Source of the DNA: Phyllosticta citribraziliensis
Lineage: Eukaryota
Direction of reading: 5' to 3'
Length of the DNA stretch: 64,000 nucleotides
Assembly: GCF_038025025.1 (NCBI RefSeq)
Contig: NW_027117348.1
Span: 1,240,001-1,304,000 of the forward strand
Shown here: piece by piece, positions 51,086-62,476 of the stretch
Numbering within the stretch: the first letter of the stretch is position 1
How the letters are laid out: every line of letters begins with the position of its first letter
The notes under the pieces: generated by a model
Database searches by the model: none
What the model saw: the letters and a program-made list of their open reading frames with translations, nothing else
Told to the model about the DNA's origin: nothing
Made by a program: the position numbers and the translations under genes

Positions 51086-51750
51086 GCCACCATAATCATC
51101 CGTCGCCTGTGCGATGCAAAAATAGGGTTGGTGAGAGACGTTGTTAGTCCAAGCTTTAAGAAGGCAGGGTCGCAGGAGTAAGTGGATCGATTGACAGTGT
51201 AGGGTGGAGCTGTGGACGAGGCTGTAGAACCGGAAACCACGAATGGGCCTGCCAAGCTGGATAAACCTTAATGCCGATGACGCATGCGGGCGGAACATAG
51301 GTACCCCACCTTCATCAGCCACAGCAGTAAGCACTAATCCTAGTTCACTCTTCGCCACAGTGCGCCACAGTTGCCAGGCTCCACGAGCGCCGGACAACAT
51401 TTCTTCCTTTCATCACAATCTGCCTTGCAAACAGCCCAAAAACGCTGGTGACATTTGACGATTATGTAGATCGGCGCCAGTCAGAGGCATGGAAGTTTGG
51501 GGCAAAATAACGGAAAGTACCTACACACGGCAAGGCAGTTGAGGCAGAGGCATACTGAATTAAGTCTATTTTTGCTGGCACCATGAGAAGAAAGACCAAG
51601 ACCGGGCTGTCCCGTCACTGAAAATCGAGATTCTACCTGGAGACAAGTGAGCAAGCTGTCAATTTCATTGGGGACAAGGCTTCATCAGTACCTGAGAGGA
51701 CCGTTGAAGAGAGCGTCACGGTCGCTCAAGCAGAGAGAGACTGACCAGTC

Positions 51751-52011
51751 CTATCCACCAAGCATCATCACCCTGCCTTTGATGCTGTCCGAGATATGCA
51801 TGCGGAACATCATGTGGCCATCCTTCTGCTCGTTGAAATAGTGCATGATGGCTTTGGAGACCGCCTTGCAGAGGGGGGCGGACTCCAGGACCTCGTCAAA
51901 AAGCCTGCAGAGCGTTGCGTCATCGGGCAAGCAATTTAAATTCGGCAGAGGGGCGATGCAGGGCGAGAAATGGGCTTTGGTGAACGCTTCGTGGAGCTCT
52001 TGGGCGAACTT
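51751..52011 (-). pseudogene. Orphan C-terminal half of a BTB-family gene (BTB-6), paralogous to the 3' half of BTB-7
   Basis: Reads KFAQELHEAFTKAHF..LPDDATLCRLFDEVLESAPLCKAVSKAIMHYF..GHMMFRMHISDSIKGRVMMLGG*, versus BTB-7 EFAAQLHEAFMEAHF..FPAHATLTRLFDDVPEFAPILKSISKGLMTFF..GHTMFHFHLPSSIKGRFMMLGG*. No BTB domain or start codon upstream. Absent from the ORF track. Confidence 0.85.
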
Positions 52012-52263
52012 CTAATATAGGGCGCAACAACGAAAAGCACGCGCACATGAGAGAGAAGCTGGAAGCAAGTTTTCAATAGGGGAAACTATTTTCGCTCAAA
52101 CCAGAAGCAGAGCAGATCGAAACGACCCCAGATCATGACCAGAAGCAGAGTTGGAGCCTGCAGATGAGTAAGCCACTGGCGAATTCGCAGAGGAAAAGTC
52201 TCTCCAAATACCTGAGATGACACTTGAAGAGGAAACTGCCGTAGCAGTTGAAGCAGGGATGCC

Positions 52264-52940
52264 TCATCCTCCAAGCATCATGAATCTGCCCTTGATGCTG
52301 CTGGGCAGATGAAAATGAAACATGGTATGTCCCTGGGGCTCCGCGTCGAAGAAAGTCATCAGACCCTTCGAGATCGACTTGAGGATGGGAGCGAACTCCG
52401 GGACGTCGTCGAAGAGTCGAGTGAGGGTTGCATGAGCAGGGAAACGGGTGAAGACCACCTGGGCGTCTCCGTTGGCGGGGAAATGAGCTTCCATGAACGC
52501 TTCATGAAGCTGGGCGGCGAACTCGTCGATCATGTACATATGGGCAAAAATGTAGGAACGACTGATGATGCTGTCCCAAAGTTTCTCCGCCCTTGAGCCG
52601 TTCTCAGCCGGTGTAGTGATTGCCTGGTATTCGCTGCAGGAGAAGGATGGGAGCTCCTTGGTGCGCATCCAGGTCGTGAAGAGCTCGAAGACGTCCGCGT
52701 CGGTTTCTGGGAGATTCAGAACGCGAGTCTGACCTTCCTTGAAGTGTTCACCGAAGGCGTTGCGGAAGAATTGAGAGTGGGTCGTAAGGGCTTTCTTCTT
52801 GAGAACGAAGATGGTGCGACCGATGGTAACTTCGACGTTCACCCTGGCGATTCATTAGCTGAGCTTGAGAGAAGGCATGTGATTACTGACGGATTATCCC
52901 TCCACATCCAATCAGAGAAGCGGTCTGATTTAGTCGCCAT
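52264..52940 (-). CDS. BTB/POZ-domain protein (BTB-7)
   Basis: ATG 52940, MATKSDRFSDWMWRDNP, phase-2 intron, then VEVTIGRTIFVLKKKALTTHSQFFRNAFGEHFKEGQTRVLNLPETDADVFELFTTWM. Confidence 0.88.
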
Positions 52941-53430
52941 GGTGGTTGATGATCTTGAGTTGATTGTGTTGTTGTTGTGGAGAGGAAGGAGAAGAGGGAC
53001 GTGGGCGCAAGCAGACGTGGATAAATTAGGTGTGCGCCGGTGGCACGACCTTGGCGCAGGCGGCAGCGATATCAGAGCAGGCGCTCGTAGGAAAATTTGT
53101 ACAGGAAGTCACAGGCATAGAATTTTGAGACACGTGATTTGAAAGGGAACATATATACGCGAGAGAAGCAGAGAGTAAGGTGTCTTGAAGGGATCCATTT
53201 TTTCTGGCCAAGACTAGACTGTCCCATTACGGAAGGTTGAATTGTGCCTGGAAAGTTGTGAGCCAAAAGGAAACTTTCCGAGCCTACATGCTCCCAAGAC
53301 TTACCTGTCCTTCCACATGGAATCCGACCTCGTATACGAACCAGAAGAGAAGGAAGTTGACAAGCTTCCGTTCGTTTATTAGGTTCAGGGCCCTGATGGA
53401 GATCCACGCCACACACTGACGATGTAGAAA

Positions 53431-54128
53431 TTATCGGCGCCAGCGACGCCGGGTGCTGGTGATGCGTCCACCAATGGTCGTAATCTTCTGCCTGAGTTCG
53501 CGTGATTGGCGGAACTTGAAGAGAAGAGCACCGTCGTACTCGTCGTTGTATAAAGTGACGATGGCGTTGGCGACGGCTCTGGAGAGCTTGGAGTATTCGG
53601 GAAGCTCAGTCAGGATTGACGAAATGCTTTCGTCGCTCGGGAAGAGGTCGAAGGCTTCGAGCGAGTCTTGGACCTTTGGGAAGAACGCGGCCATGTAGTC
53701 ATTTTTGAGACGGTCCTCGAGTTTGTTGACCTGGTAGAGGTGGGCAAAGGCGTAGACATTGATGAAGTCTTTCATGTTAACCATCTCGAGCCTGGTGCGA
53801 GTCGGGTCAGGGCCAATGAGTGTCGGAAGATTGTCAAAACGCATCCAGTTGGTGAAAATCTCGAACGTCTGGACATCGGTCTCGGGAAGATGGAGTACGC
53901 CAGTGCGCGCCTCCCGAAAGCCGCCATTGAATGCGTTGAGGAAAAACAGCGAGTGCTGCATCAGCAGCGCCCTCTTTATGATGAAGATTGTCTTTCTCTC
54001 TTGAGAACCGACGACAATCGAAGCGTTCACCCTATCGATTTATTAGCTGAGCTCAGGAGAAAATCTGCGCTTACTCACGGACTGTCCCGCCACATCCAAT
54101 CAGAGAAGCGGTCCGAATTGGCTGCCAT
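53431..54128 (-). CDS. BTB/POZ-domain protein (BTB-8)
   Basis: ATG 54128, MAANSDRFSDWMWRDSP, phase-2 intron, then SIVVGSQERKTIFIIKRALLMQHSLFFLNAFNGGFREARTGVLHLPETDVQTFEIFTNWM. Confidence 0.88.
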
Positions 54129-55025
54129 TGCGATGAGTCGTATAGGGGTTGTTGTTTTTGTGGAGGGAAGAGGAGAGGAGGGACGTGGGCGCGAACAGCA
54201 TGGAAAAACAGGTGTGTCGGTGGCACGACCTTGGTGCAGGCGCGCGGGCTTCGCAGAATTAACATTCGACGGTGTTAAAATAGGAAATGTGCTGACCTAC
54301 CCAAACGAGCTAGCCCAAGCTACCTTGACGGCCGCTTTCAACCGAGGCTTGGCCTCTTATTTTCTCTCCTGCATCTATAAGCGCTACTCCCTTGGAAGAG
54401 AGCTGATGAATATACGAAAGCTGCGCAAACGGGGCAAGAGACAGGTCGCCATACTATACACCACATTTTGCTCCGCTCTTGAAGGTCAAAACAACTATTG
54501 CCGGAGGCTCATCCACACGGCCAAGCCGATTGGCAGCTCGAATTGCGTAAGAGAAGCGGGAAAAACAAGGAGACATGGAGGAGCAAATCAAGAAGTGGTT
54601 CATGGAACAAAAGAAATTCTTAGTGGCTACTCTATCCCCGTGAAAGCAGGCGTGGATTTGATTCTGAAAACTCCAGCAGAACGCGTGAAACCAAGGGAAA
54701 GCCAAAGAAAACCAAGACCTACAGAACAGTAAGCTTAGCGGAAACTCTTCAATGGGATTTGCTTTGGAGTTTCACCTGAAGAGCTGGTCGTCACTGGTTT
54801 TGTTGCTCAACCTGCGTCCACTGCGTCCTACCTGCATGATGAGAAGCAAGGAAGCCTGGAAACTTATCATTGGTAATTGAGATCATTTCCAGGACCAGAA
54901 GTAATCAACGCGCCATACCGGCGTTGTATTGTTCGACAACGACCCAGTCCCAAGACATCACGACCTGAGGCAAGGTGGTGGCTACCCAGCCGGAGAAGAA
55001 GTTCGACTGCCCTGCCGGTTCGCGA

Positions 55026-55727
55026 TCAAGCCCTTCGAGAACTTCCTGACCCCATCATAGCGCGGTATTCGAGGATCGCGGGGTGGAGATGCCGCGGAAT
55101 GGTTTGGCCGAGGAGGTCGTGGAAGAACTCGTTATAAGCCCGGGAGATCGCCTGAAGAAGTTTCGCGTTCGGCAGAAGCGCGTCGTGGAGGCGCAAGAGC
55201 AGATCGCCGGAAGGGAAAGCATCGAAGGCCTCAAGACTGTCCTCACAGCGCGGAAAATAGGCGTCCATGAAGATCTTCTGGAGCGCCTCCTCGAAGTCGG
55301 GCATCGTGTGCGTGTAGGCGAATTCGCAAGCCGGGATGAAATGTTCGTCCCAAAAGGCCTGAGCTGCAACGCAGGACCGGCGCCGGATTGCGGAGAAGAC
55401 CGGCAGCTGATTCGTTGCTTTCCAGTCCAAGAATAGTTTGAAGACGGCTGGGGGTGTGTGCGGTAGGTAGATCATGCTGGTGAAGGCCTCTTTGAATGGA
55501 CCACGAACCACTCCCTCGAAGAAGACGGAGAACTTCATGACCTCGTCTCTCTTCTTATGGAATATCTCTTCCTCTGGGCCGACGAAGAACACGACGTGTG
55601 TATCTCCTTGTCTAAAGGATCTGTTAGAAGGGCCAATGTCAAGGTATCAGGCGACTCACTTGTTCGGCTCCACGCCCTCCAACCAATCCCAAATCCTCAA
55701 AGTCACGTAGGTAGAGATGGAAGCCAT
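55026..55727 (-). CDS. BTB/POZ-domain protein (BTB-9)
   Basis: ATG 55727, phase-2 intron ~55612-55659, then VVFFVGPEEEIF..FSVFFEGVVRGPFKEAFTSMIYLPHTPPAVFKLFLDW. Shares DSLEAFDxFPS with BTB-8. Confidence 0.85.
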
Positions 55728-56384
55728 TTCGGTAATGGAGCTTGCGGTTGGTGATTGTGCTAGTGTCTTTGTGACAGAGAAAGAGCTTTGGTGATGGCGC
55801 TGAAAGGTTGCAGTGGGTGGTGTTTGTGCGTCGATCAACTTGGAAGCTCTGAGGTGGTTGGCGAACACCGCAGAGGAGCATCCAGTGCACCGTAAGCGAA
55901 AGCAAACGGGCGCTGACATTGTCAAGGCAACTACGTGTCTGATTTAGCTAGAAGTCGGCAGTGTCAAAAATTACCACTGATTGGCTTTCAAAGCACTCAC
56001 TCTGTTCTTTGCAGCTCTTTGCACAAGACCTGTCCCACACTTACCTGCTTGTAGACACTTGTGCTTCTTTCCATATCACAGCTCTTAGACCCAGAGATTT
56101 CTCCGGCAGGAGGACCGCCTTCGTCTGCCTCTCATCCGAAGTGTTCCATACAAAGAGAAGATCTTGCAGCGCTTGTGCTAAAAGCACTGGTGTGTGTGAT
56201 TTTTCATGCAACCCTGGCTGCAGAATTCCAGCACAAAGTGGAGACTTTTGTAGACTCTTATAGACTTTGGATAAAGGAAAGCAAACTAGCCAGGCCAATC
56301 ACCAACATCAACGGCTTCCACGGGCCGCAGGGGCAGCTGAATGATTTGAACGCAAAGAACTGGAAAGAAAGCGGTATTTTCTCT

Positions 56385-57632
56385 TTATGCCTGCAAACTC
56401 TGCTTCCCAGTTTGCTTTTGTTTTTTCTCATCATACCAGCCCAGGAGTCGAGCGAGGTAGTCGCCAAACAGCCCGAAAGCGATGCCGCCACCTGTAAACC
56501 AGCATCCATGTCTAAACCACCACCAGCAGTTTCCCACCTCCTTCAGCTTGACCCTCCAAATCATGGCGCCGAGTGTCGCGACTGCGCTGCCACAGCTACC
56601 AATGTAGAAGAGTGGACCGGCGCCCACAGCAGCACCAGCGGCACCGAGCAGGGCCACTTGGACGGCTGCGAGGCCAGTGAGCACCGTCTTGGTGTTTCTC
56701 TCGTGGGCAAGGGCAATCGACTTGATGCCGGCTTTGACGTCGTCCTTGATATCCATGTGTGCGTAAATCATGTCGTAGAGGACCGTCCAGGCGATGTTGC
56801 TGGTGTACAAACATGCCGCTGCTTTCAAAGCAGCCGAGTCTGAAAGCAAGTCGACTCCCAGCGCTGGAAAGCCCATGATGGCACCCCAAGAAAAGGTCAG
56901 GCCGAGGACGAATTGCGGGTAATACGTGACGCGCTTGGCGAGCGGGTAGGTAGCGACGAGTGCAAGAGACGGAATGCCGTAATATAGGCAATCAAAGGGA
57001 AACTGGAGCAGGACGGCCAGGCCAGTGAGCAGCTGGCCGCCTGTAAATATGACGGCTTGCTTGGGCGTGACGGCACCCCGTGCAATCGGTCGCAGCCGTG
57101 TTCTTGCAACATGTGGGTCCAAGTTGCGATCCCACAGGTCATTGATGGTGCAGCCGGCGCCGCGCATGACGAGGGCGCCAGTCAGGAAGAGCATCGTAGT
57201 GCCCACGATGGTTGATGGCGGGGTGATTGGCGTGGCATGGATTCCAGCGAGAAGCGTGCTGAATAGACACGGAAAGAAAAGATAGTATGTTCCCACGGGC
57301 TTGTCGAGGCGGACCAGCTCGGCGTACGGTACTACGGACGGAGGGAGTTGTGAGAGGAATCCACTTTTCGGTGGTTGGTACGCTGGAGGCGGCGTGTCAT
57401 GTTGAGATTGTACTTGTTGCAAACGAGCACTGCTCTTGGTACAAAAGACTCGTGATAAAAGATCCCGCCTATCACAGCGCTTCGATGCTGAGGTTGTGTG
57501 GCAGGAAAAGTTTACATCCCTGGATACAGATCTTTGTTGGCCCCGAGGCGTCCGTAAGATAACGTCCACGCTCCGGCCAGTAAATCGCAGCGAGCCCAAC
57601 CGCGTGGAGCATCTCGATGTTGATGAAAACAT
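56385..57632 (-). CDS. COQ2: 4-hydroxybenzoate polyprenyltransferase (UbiA family), mitochondrial
   Basis: RLDKPVGT, GAGCTINDLWDRNLDPHVARTRLRPIARG, YDMIYAHMDIKDD. Presequence-like MFSSTSRCSTRL. Confidence 0.95.
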   Translation of the reverse strand: MFSSTSRCSTRLGSLRFTGRSVDVILRTPRGQQRSVSRDVNFSCHTTSASKRCDRRDLLSRVFCTKSSARLQQVQSQHDTPPPAYQPPKSGFLSQLPPSVVPYAELVRLDKPVGTYYLFFPCLFSTLLAGIHATPITPPSTIVGTTMLFLTGALVMRGAGCTINDLWDRNLDPHVARTRLRPIARGAVTPKQAVIFTGGQLLTGLAVLLQFPFDCLYYGIPSLALVATYPLAKRVTYYPQFVLGLTFSWGAIMGFPALGVDLLSDSAALKAAACLYTSNIAWTVLYDMIYAHMDIKDDVKAGIKSIALAHERNTKTVLTGLAAVQVALLGAAGAAVGAGPLFYIGSCGSAVATLGAMIWRVKLKEVGNCWWWFRHGCWFTGGGIAFGLFGDYLARLLGWYDEKKQKQTGKQSLQA

Positions 57633-58086
57633 GACGGAAAAGGAAATTTTCGAGAGGCGTCTTCCAAATGCTGGCGCAAGGAGCTCCACTATGTGCAGCA
57701 GTTCTGGAGCATTGCAGGTGAGACAGATCAGCCCAATTGTTGCGCCAAATGCCGAGACGATCCCGCGGCTTCAGTATCGTGAGATTGACGTGGTGTTGAG
57801 GTGATGTTGAGTTGGAAATGTCGTGGCCTCGACGGGAAAGCCGCTAACGCGGACTTTGGGGCCCGTGCACGCGGAACCTTGACGCGACCACCAGCCTGTC
57901 GCGTCCACCACTGACTGCTCTTCGTCCACCTCATTTTCCCAACCCCACCGGACTACTCGGCATCTGCTCTGCCCAACGACACAACTTCACCCTGCAACGA
58001 CGGTCCGACGATGAAAGCTTGGGCCCGCGCTGGGACGAAGCTCTGATTCGGATCTCACCAGCTCAACCGCTTCCCCGCGACGAACT

Positions 58087-61000
58087 ATGCCCGCGCAACG
58101 TCCACGCGCCACTTTCGAGCCGATACCACCCGACTTCGACGTCCGTGAAGTGGTCGAAACCACCGACAACTTCGAGTTCGTGACTTGCATCAACTACGAA
58201 GAGATAAAGAATCAAGGAATCGACCAGTTCGAGAAACTTGTTCTTGTCTACGTTGTGCTGGGAGGCAAGCCGCTCGTCATTGAAGGCTTTGACCAAATTT
58301 TGGACCCATGGACGTTCACGCCAGGCTGGTTGAATGCCAACTGCGGCGACAAGGGTAAGCTCGTCTCTCTATGCCACGGACGATTTTGACTTTGACCAGT
58401 CGAAAATGCGCGCGACATAACCAAACAAGAAGATATCCCCGTAACAATCAGCCATTACCTGAAGATGATGGACCCTTTGACCGAGCACTGGTTCAAGGGC
58501 CGAGAAAATTACAAGGACAAGAATCGTCAGCGGCCCTACCTCAAGGATATCGACTGCCCACAGGTCTGGCAAGAGAAGCTCAAAGAGTTGATTCCCGGCA
58601 GTCTCTTCTACCTCAACGACAACATTGGTGAAGTCGGCGGCCCAGGTGCCGTGGATGAAGGCACCAATGCGACGGGTAGAAGGAAGGGAAGAGGCATTGC
58701 ACGGGCGGGCGATTTGATGAGCAGTCTGCCAAAAGAAATGCGGGCCGAGAACCTCATGTGCTACATTGGCCAGGAAGGAACCTACACACCAGCACACAGG
58801 GAAATGTGCGCCTCACTCGGACAAAACATAATGGTCAACGCGTCCGGCACCGTCGGTGAGGATGGAAAGCGAGAACGGCCGGGCTCGTCCATCTGGTTCA
58901 TGACCGAGACGAAGGACCGACACACGGTTGCCGAATACTGGCTGTCAGTGTTGGGTCACGACATTGAAGTCGAAAAACATTTTGCACAAGTTGCAGCCTG
59001 GAAGCGCGCCCCCTTCAAGACCTACGTCCACGAGCAGAAGCCTGGCGACTTCATCCTCATCCCTCCGCTCGCCCCTCACCAAGTATGGAATCGTGGCACC
59101 CGTACCATGAAGGTCGCCTGGAACAGGACGACCGTCGAGACGCTGGAGATGGCCTTCGAGGAGGCGTTGCCAAATGCCCGCATGGTGTGTCGAGACGAAC
59201 AGTACAAGAACAAAGCCATTGTCTACTACACTCTGCTCAAGTACTCGAAACTACTCAAGCAAGCCAATATGCAGAGCACGGGCAATCCTGAGCAGGCCAG
59301 TCTATTGCGTCGCAGTGTCAAGGTCAAACAGGTCAAGCGCGATTTCAAAAGGCTAGTTCAGCTTTACAAGCAGATTTTGCTTTCGGAAATGTTCTCCTCA
59401 GATCTTCCCAAAGAGCACCCTGAATTCATGCCCTTTGAGTCCTTTGTCACCTGCGCGTATTGCCGAGGCAACATCTTCAATCGCTTTTTGACGTGCAAGT
59501 CTTGCGTCTACGCGTTGGGCACCGAGTCCGAGGAGCCATACGACATTTGCATGGACTGCTACGCCATGGGTCGGAGCTGTTACTGCATCTCAGGTCTACA
59601 GTGGGTTGAACAGTGGCGATGGAAAGACCTCCTCTTCAAATATGAGGAGTGGCGCCAGCAAGTCCTCGAAATTGAAAATGGCCGTCTAACGGCGACCACC
59701 CCGGTTCCTTTGACCGAAGAAAGGCGCGCACTGCAAAAGAAGACGCTGGCGCAAGTCTGTCAAGAGCAGCTGAGGGCAAGACCTTGGGTAGACCCCAATG
59801 GTCCCAACCCGAATGACGAAGAAAAGTCGGACGAAGAAATCATTGTTAACGATGACGGCACGGTTCGCAAGACGACCAAGAAAAAGTCAAAGGCCTACCT
59901 CAACAAGACCGCATCCTGCCATGTTTGTTTACACCGTCATCCCAAGTGGAAAATGGCCAAATGCACGACGTGCGATTTGTGGTTCTGCTACGGCTCGTTG
60001 TTCCGGGCGCACGACTTGATGCCTCAAACGGTCATGGAGAATCCGCGATGGCAATGCCCACATTGCCAGAAGGTGTGCAATACAGGAGCCTGCAGGAGGG
60101 ACCCCCGACAAACGCCATACGAGCCAAAAGGAACGCTCTTGGGTCACGACACCAAAAAGGTTGCAGATGCTCGAAGCACCGAGGCTCTTGTTGATTTTTC
60201 TGTGTCAAACCTCAATTGGATTCGGGATGAGGATGAAGCCAGACTCGCCCGGAGGAGAGCAGAGGCCGATCTTGACAAGCAAAACGATCCGTACCAGGAC
60301 CAGCGTCTCGCGGATGAGCATGAAGAGCCGGAAGAACAAACTCAAGTCGTGTATACCAACAATGGAGACGACGAAAGCTTCTTAGATCCAGCCCTACGAT
60401 CTGGTCCGTCGACAGGTCAAGCCTTGCCTGGCCCATCTCAGATGCTCGACGGTGCGAGACCAAATGGCAACGTCTCGCCCCTGTTCGTGCCGCCAGCAGA
60501 CGGCGACTATGACACTTTCAACGAACCCCAAACTGTTCAGTACCAGGACGAGTACATGGGCACGAATGGCTACGCAGACGCCGAAGATGACGCCTTTCCC
60601 GACTACCCACGCAAGAGACACCTCGATGACGACGACCCGATCAAGCTAACGGCAAAACGGCAAAAAACCAACAAGGGCGACAAGAAGGCCAAGCAACCTG
60701 TCAATGACGCGACAAAGCAATACCTGAAGCAAATGGAAAAGAAGAGGCTCGAGCAAGCAAGAAAAGAGGGCCGCTTCATTCAGTTGCTTGGAAGAATGAA
60801 GGGACGTCGGCAACTGGTGACGTTACGTTTGCCAATGGAACGGCTTGCCGAACTCAAGCAGCGTGAGTTGGAAAAACGGCGTCAGCAGTTGCGACCAGGC
60901 GACAATGCGGCACCCGACGTGGCCATTTTGCAGTCTGATGTTAAAGACAAGAGAAAGCAACCAGCCGTCACAAACGGAACAAAGCCTAAGAATCCCAACA

Positions 61001-62085
61001 AGGCTCGGGTGCTCCTCGAAGACGATGGCGATTACGATGTCCGTCATCGAACAAAATCGGGCAAAAAGAAGACTCGATACGAAGAGATTGACATTGGGTC
61101 AGACGTCGAGGAAGAGGACGAAGACGACAACGACGACGAATACTATGCGCCTCGCCAGCGCAATCGGCGCGCGCGCGCACGTGCTCGAGGGGATGACGAG
61201 CTTGTCGAGCTGCCGGACGATTGGCGTGACGGCGCGGGCCGCAGGAGAACAGTGGGCGAACGGCCAATCGCAAACGGAGCCCAAATCCGTCCCCCGGGCA
61301 CCAAGCCAGCGCGGGCGAGCACCGGCAATATTACGGCCAACATTAGCGACGACGACGAAGATTCTGGAGCTGAAAGTGGTGCGAAATCCACACGTACCAA
61401 GACTGTGCCTGCGGCCCCCGTGGCGCCCATGTTCCGTCCACAAGCTCAGGCAAAGCCTGTGGAGAACAGGGAAACCGAGGCTCAAAGAGTTCGCCGTCTT
61501 GCAGAGGCCGCAATGCGAGAGCAGGAGCTGAAGAAACAGAAAGAGGATAACGTCCGCGCTAAAATGCAGGCTGCTGGCATCACCGAGGATGACAGTGACA
61601 TGGAGTCTTCGTCTCCGGAAGCTACCAGAACAGCTGCACCCACACACAAGGGTAGCATCCTGGATCGCGCAAACGGCAAGAAAGTCACGATTGTCTCCGG
61701 TCAGACATCAAAGAGCGTTACGTCCAGGAGCTCAGCTGCACCATCGCCAGCACCGCGGACCGGGACCGCGACCCCCTTGAGCGGCTTTACTTCCGTCAAC
61801 AAGCCAGCCTCGATGCTCAAAACCACCGTTCAATACTCCGACACGGAAAGCGAAGATGATGGGGCGGACATTGCGGCCAGGCCTGCGCCGCCAACGTCCA
61901 AGACTGCAGCAAGAGATGAGGGCGCGAGCGCGAGCGACATCGGTAGCGAGGACGACGGCGAAGACATTCCCGCTAGATCCAAGTCGCCGCCGGCCGCGAA
62001 GTCGAGTGCGAGAGGTGGCCGAGGCGGCGCGCGCGGCAGAGGCAGAGGAAGGGGCAGGCCGTCTCGCGGCAAAAGCGCCGTGTAG
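58087..62085 (+). CDS. JmjC-domain chromatin protein with Cys-rich zinc fingers and C-terminal RGG/AT-hook tail, DMM-1-like
   Basis: YLKDIDCP, GTYTPAHREMCASLG, QKPGDFILIPPLAPHQVWN (JmjC). CxxC clusters CAYCRGNIFNRFLTC and CHVC..CTTC..CPHCQKVCNTGAC. Tail GRGRGRPS. One intron ~58355-58399. Confidence 0.88.
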
Positions 62086-62476
62086 CATTTCCTGAGGTGT
62101 TTTCATGGCGCTCGGTGGGTAAAAAATGGGGAGGCTAATTTGTTTTTATGGTGTTTCCGGGCCGCCATTGTCTGATGGCTCTTGGATCCGGTGGATTTGT
62201 GCTTCACCGGGTAGTCTTTTGTCCCGTTGGAGGTTGACTTCTCTGTTCAATCTCAGTCTGCCGTTCAGAGGTAGAAACAGGAATGTGAGAAGTTCATTTC
62301 ATTGTCTATCTACTGCGCTGCTTTGTCTTTTGCTCTATCTCTTTCTCTGATTTCCCTGCCAGCCTACAGCGCGTGCAAGTCTCTAGCTACAGGGGCTCAG
62401 TGTTGGTGTTGCCGCTCTCGAAATTCACGTGGTAAGCGTCTTTTGTCGAACGATTGCTGTGCCTGAGCTGATGAGG

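Noticed and set aside
53668..54732. 354-aa plus-strand ORF
   Set aside because: Antisense to BTB-8 and its promoter, with no domain signature.
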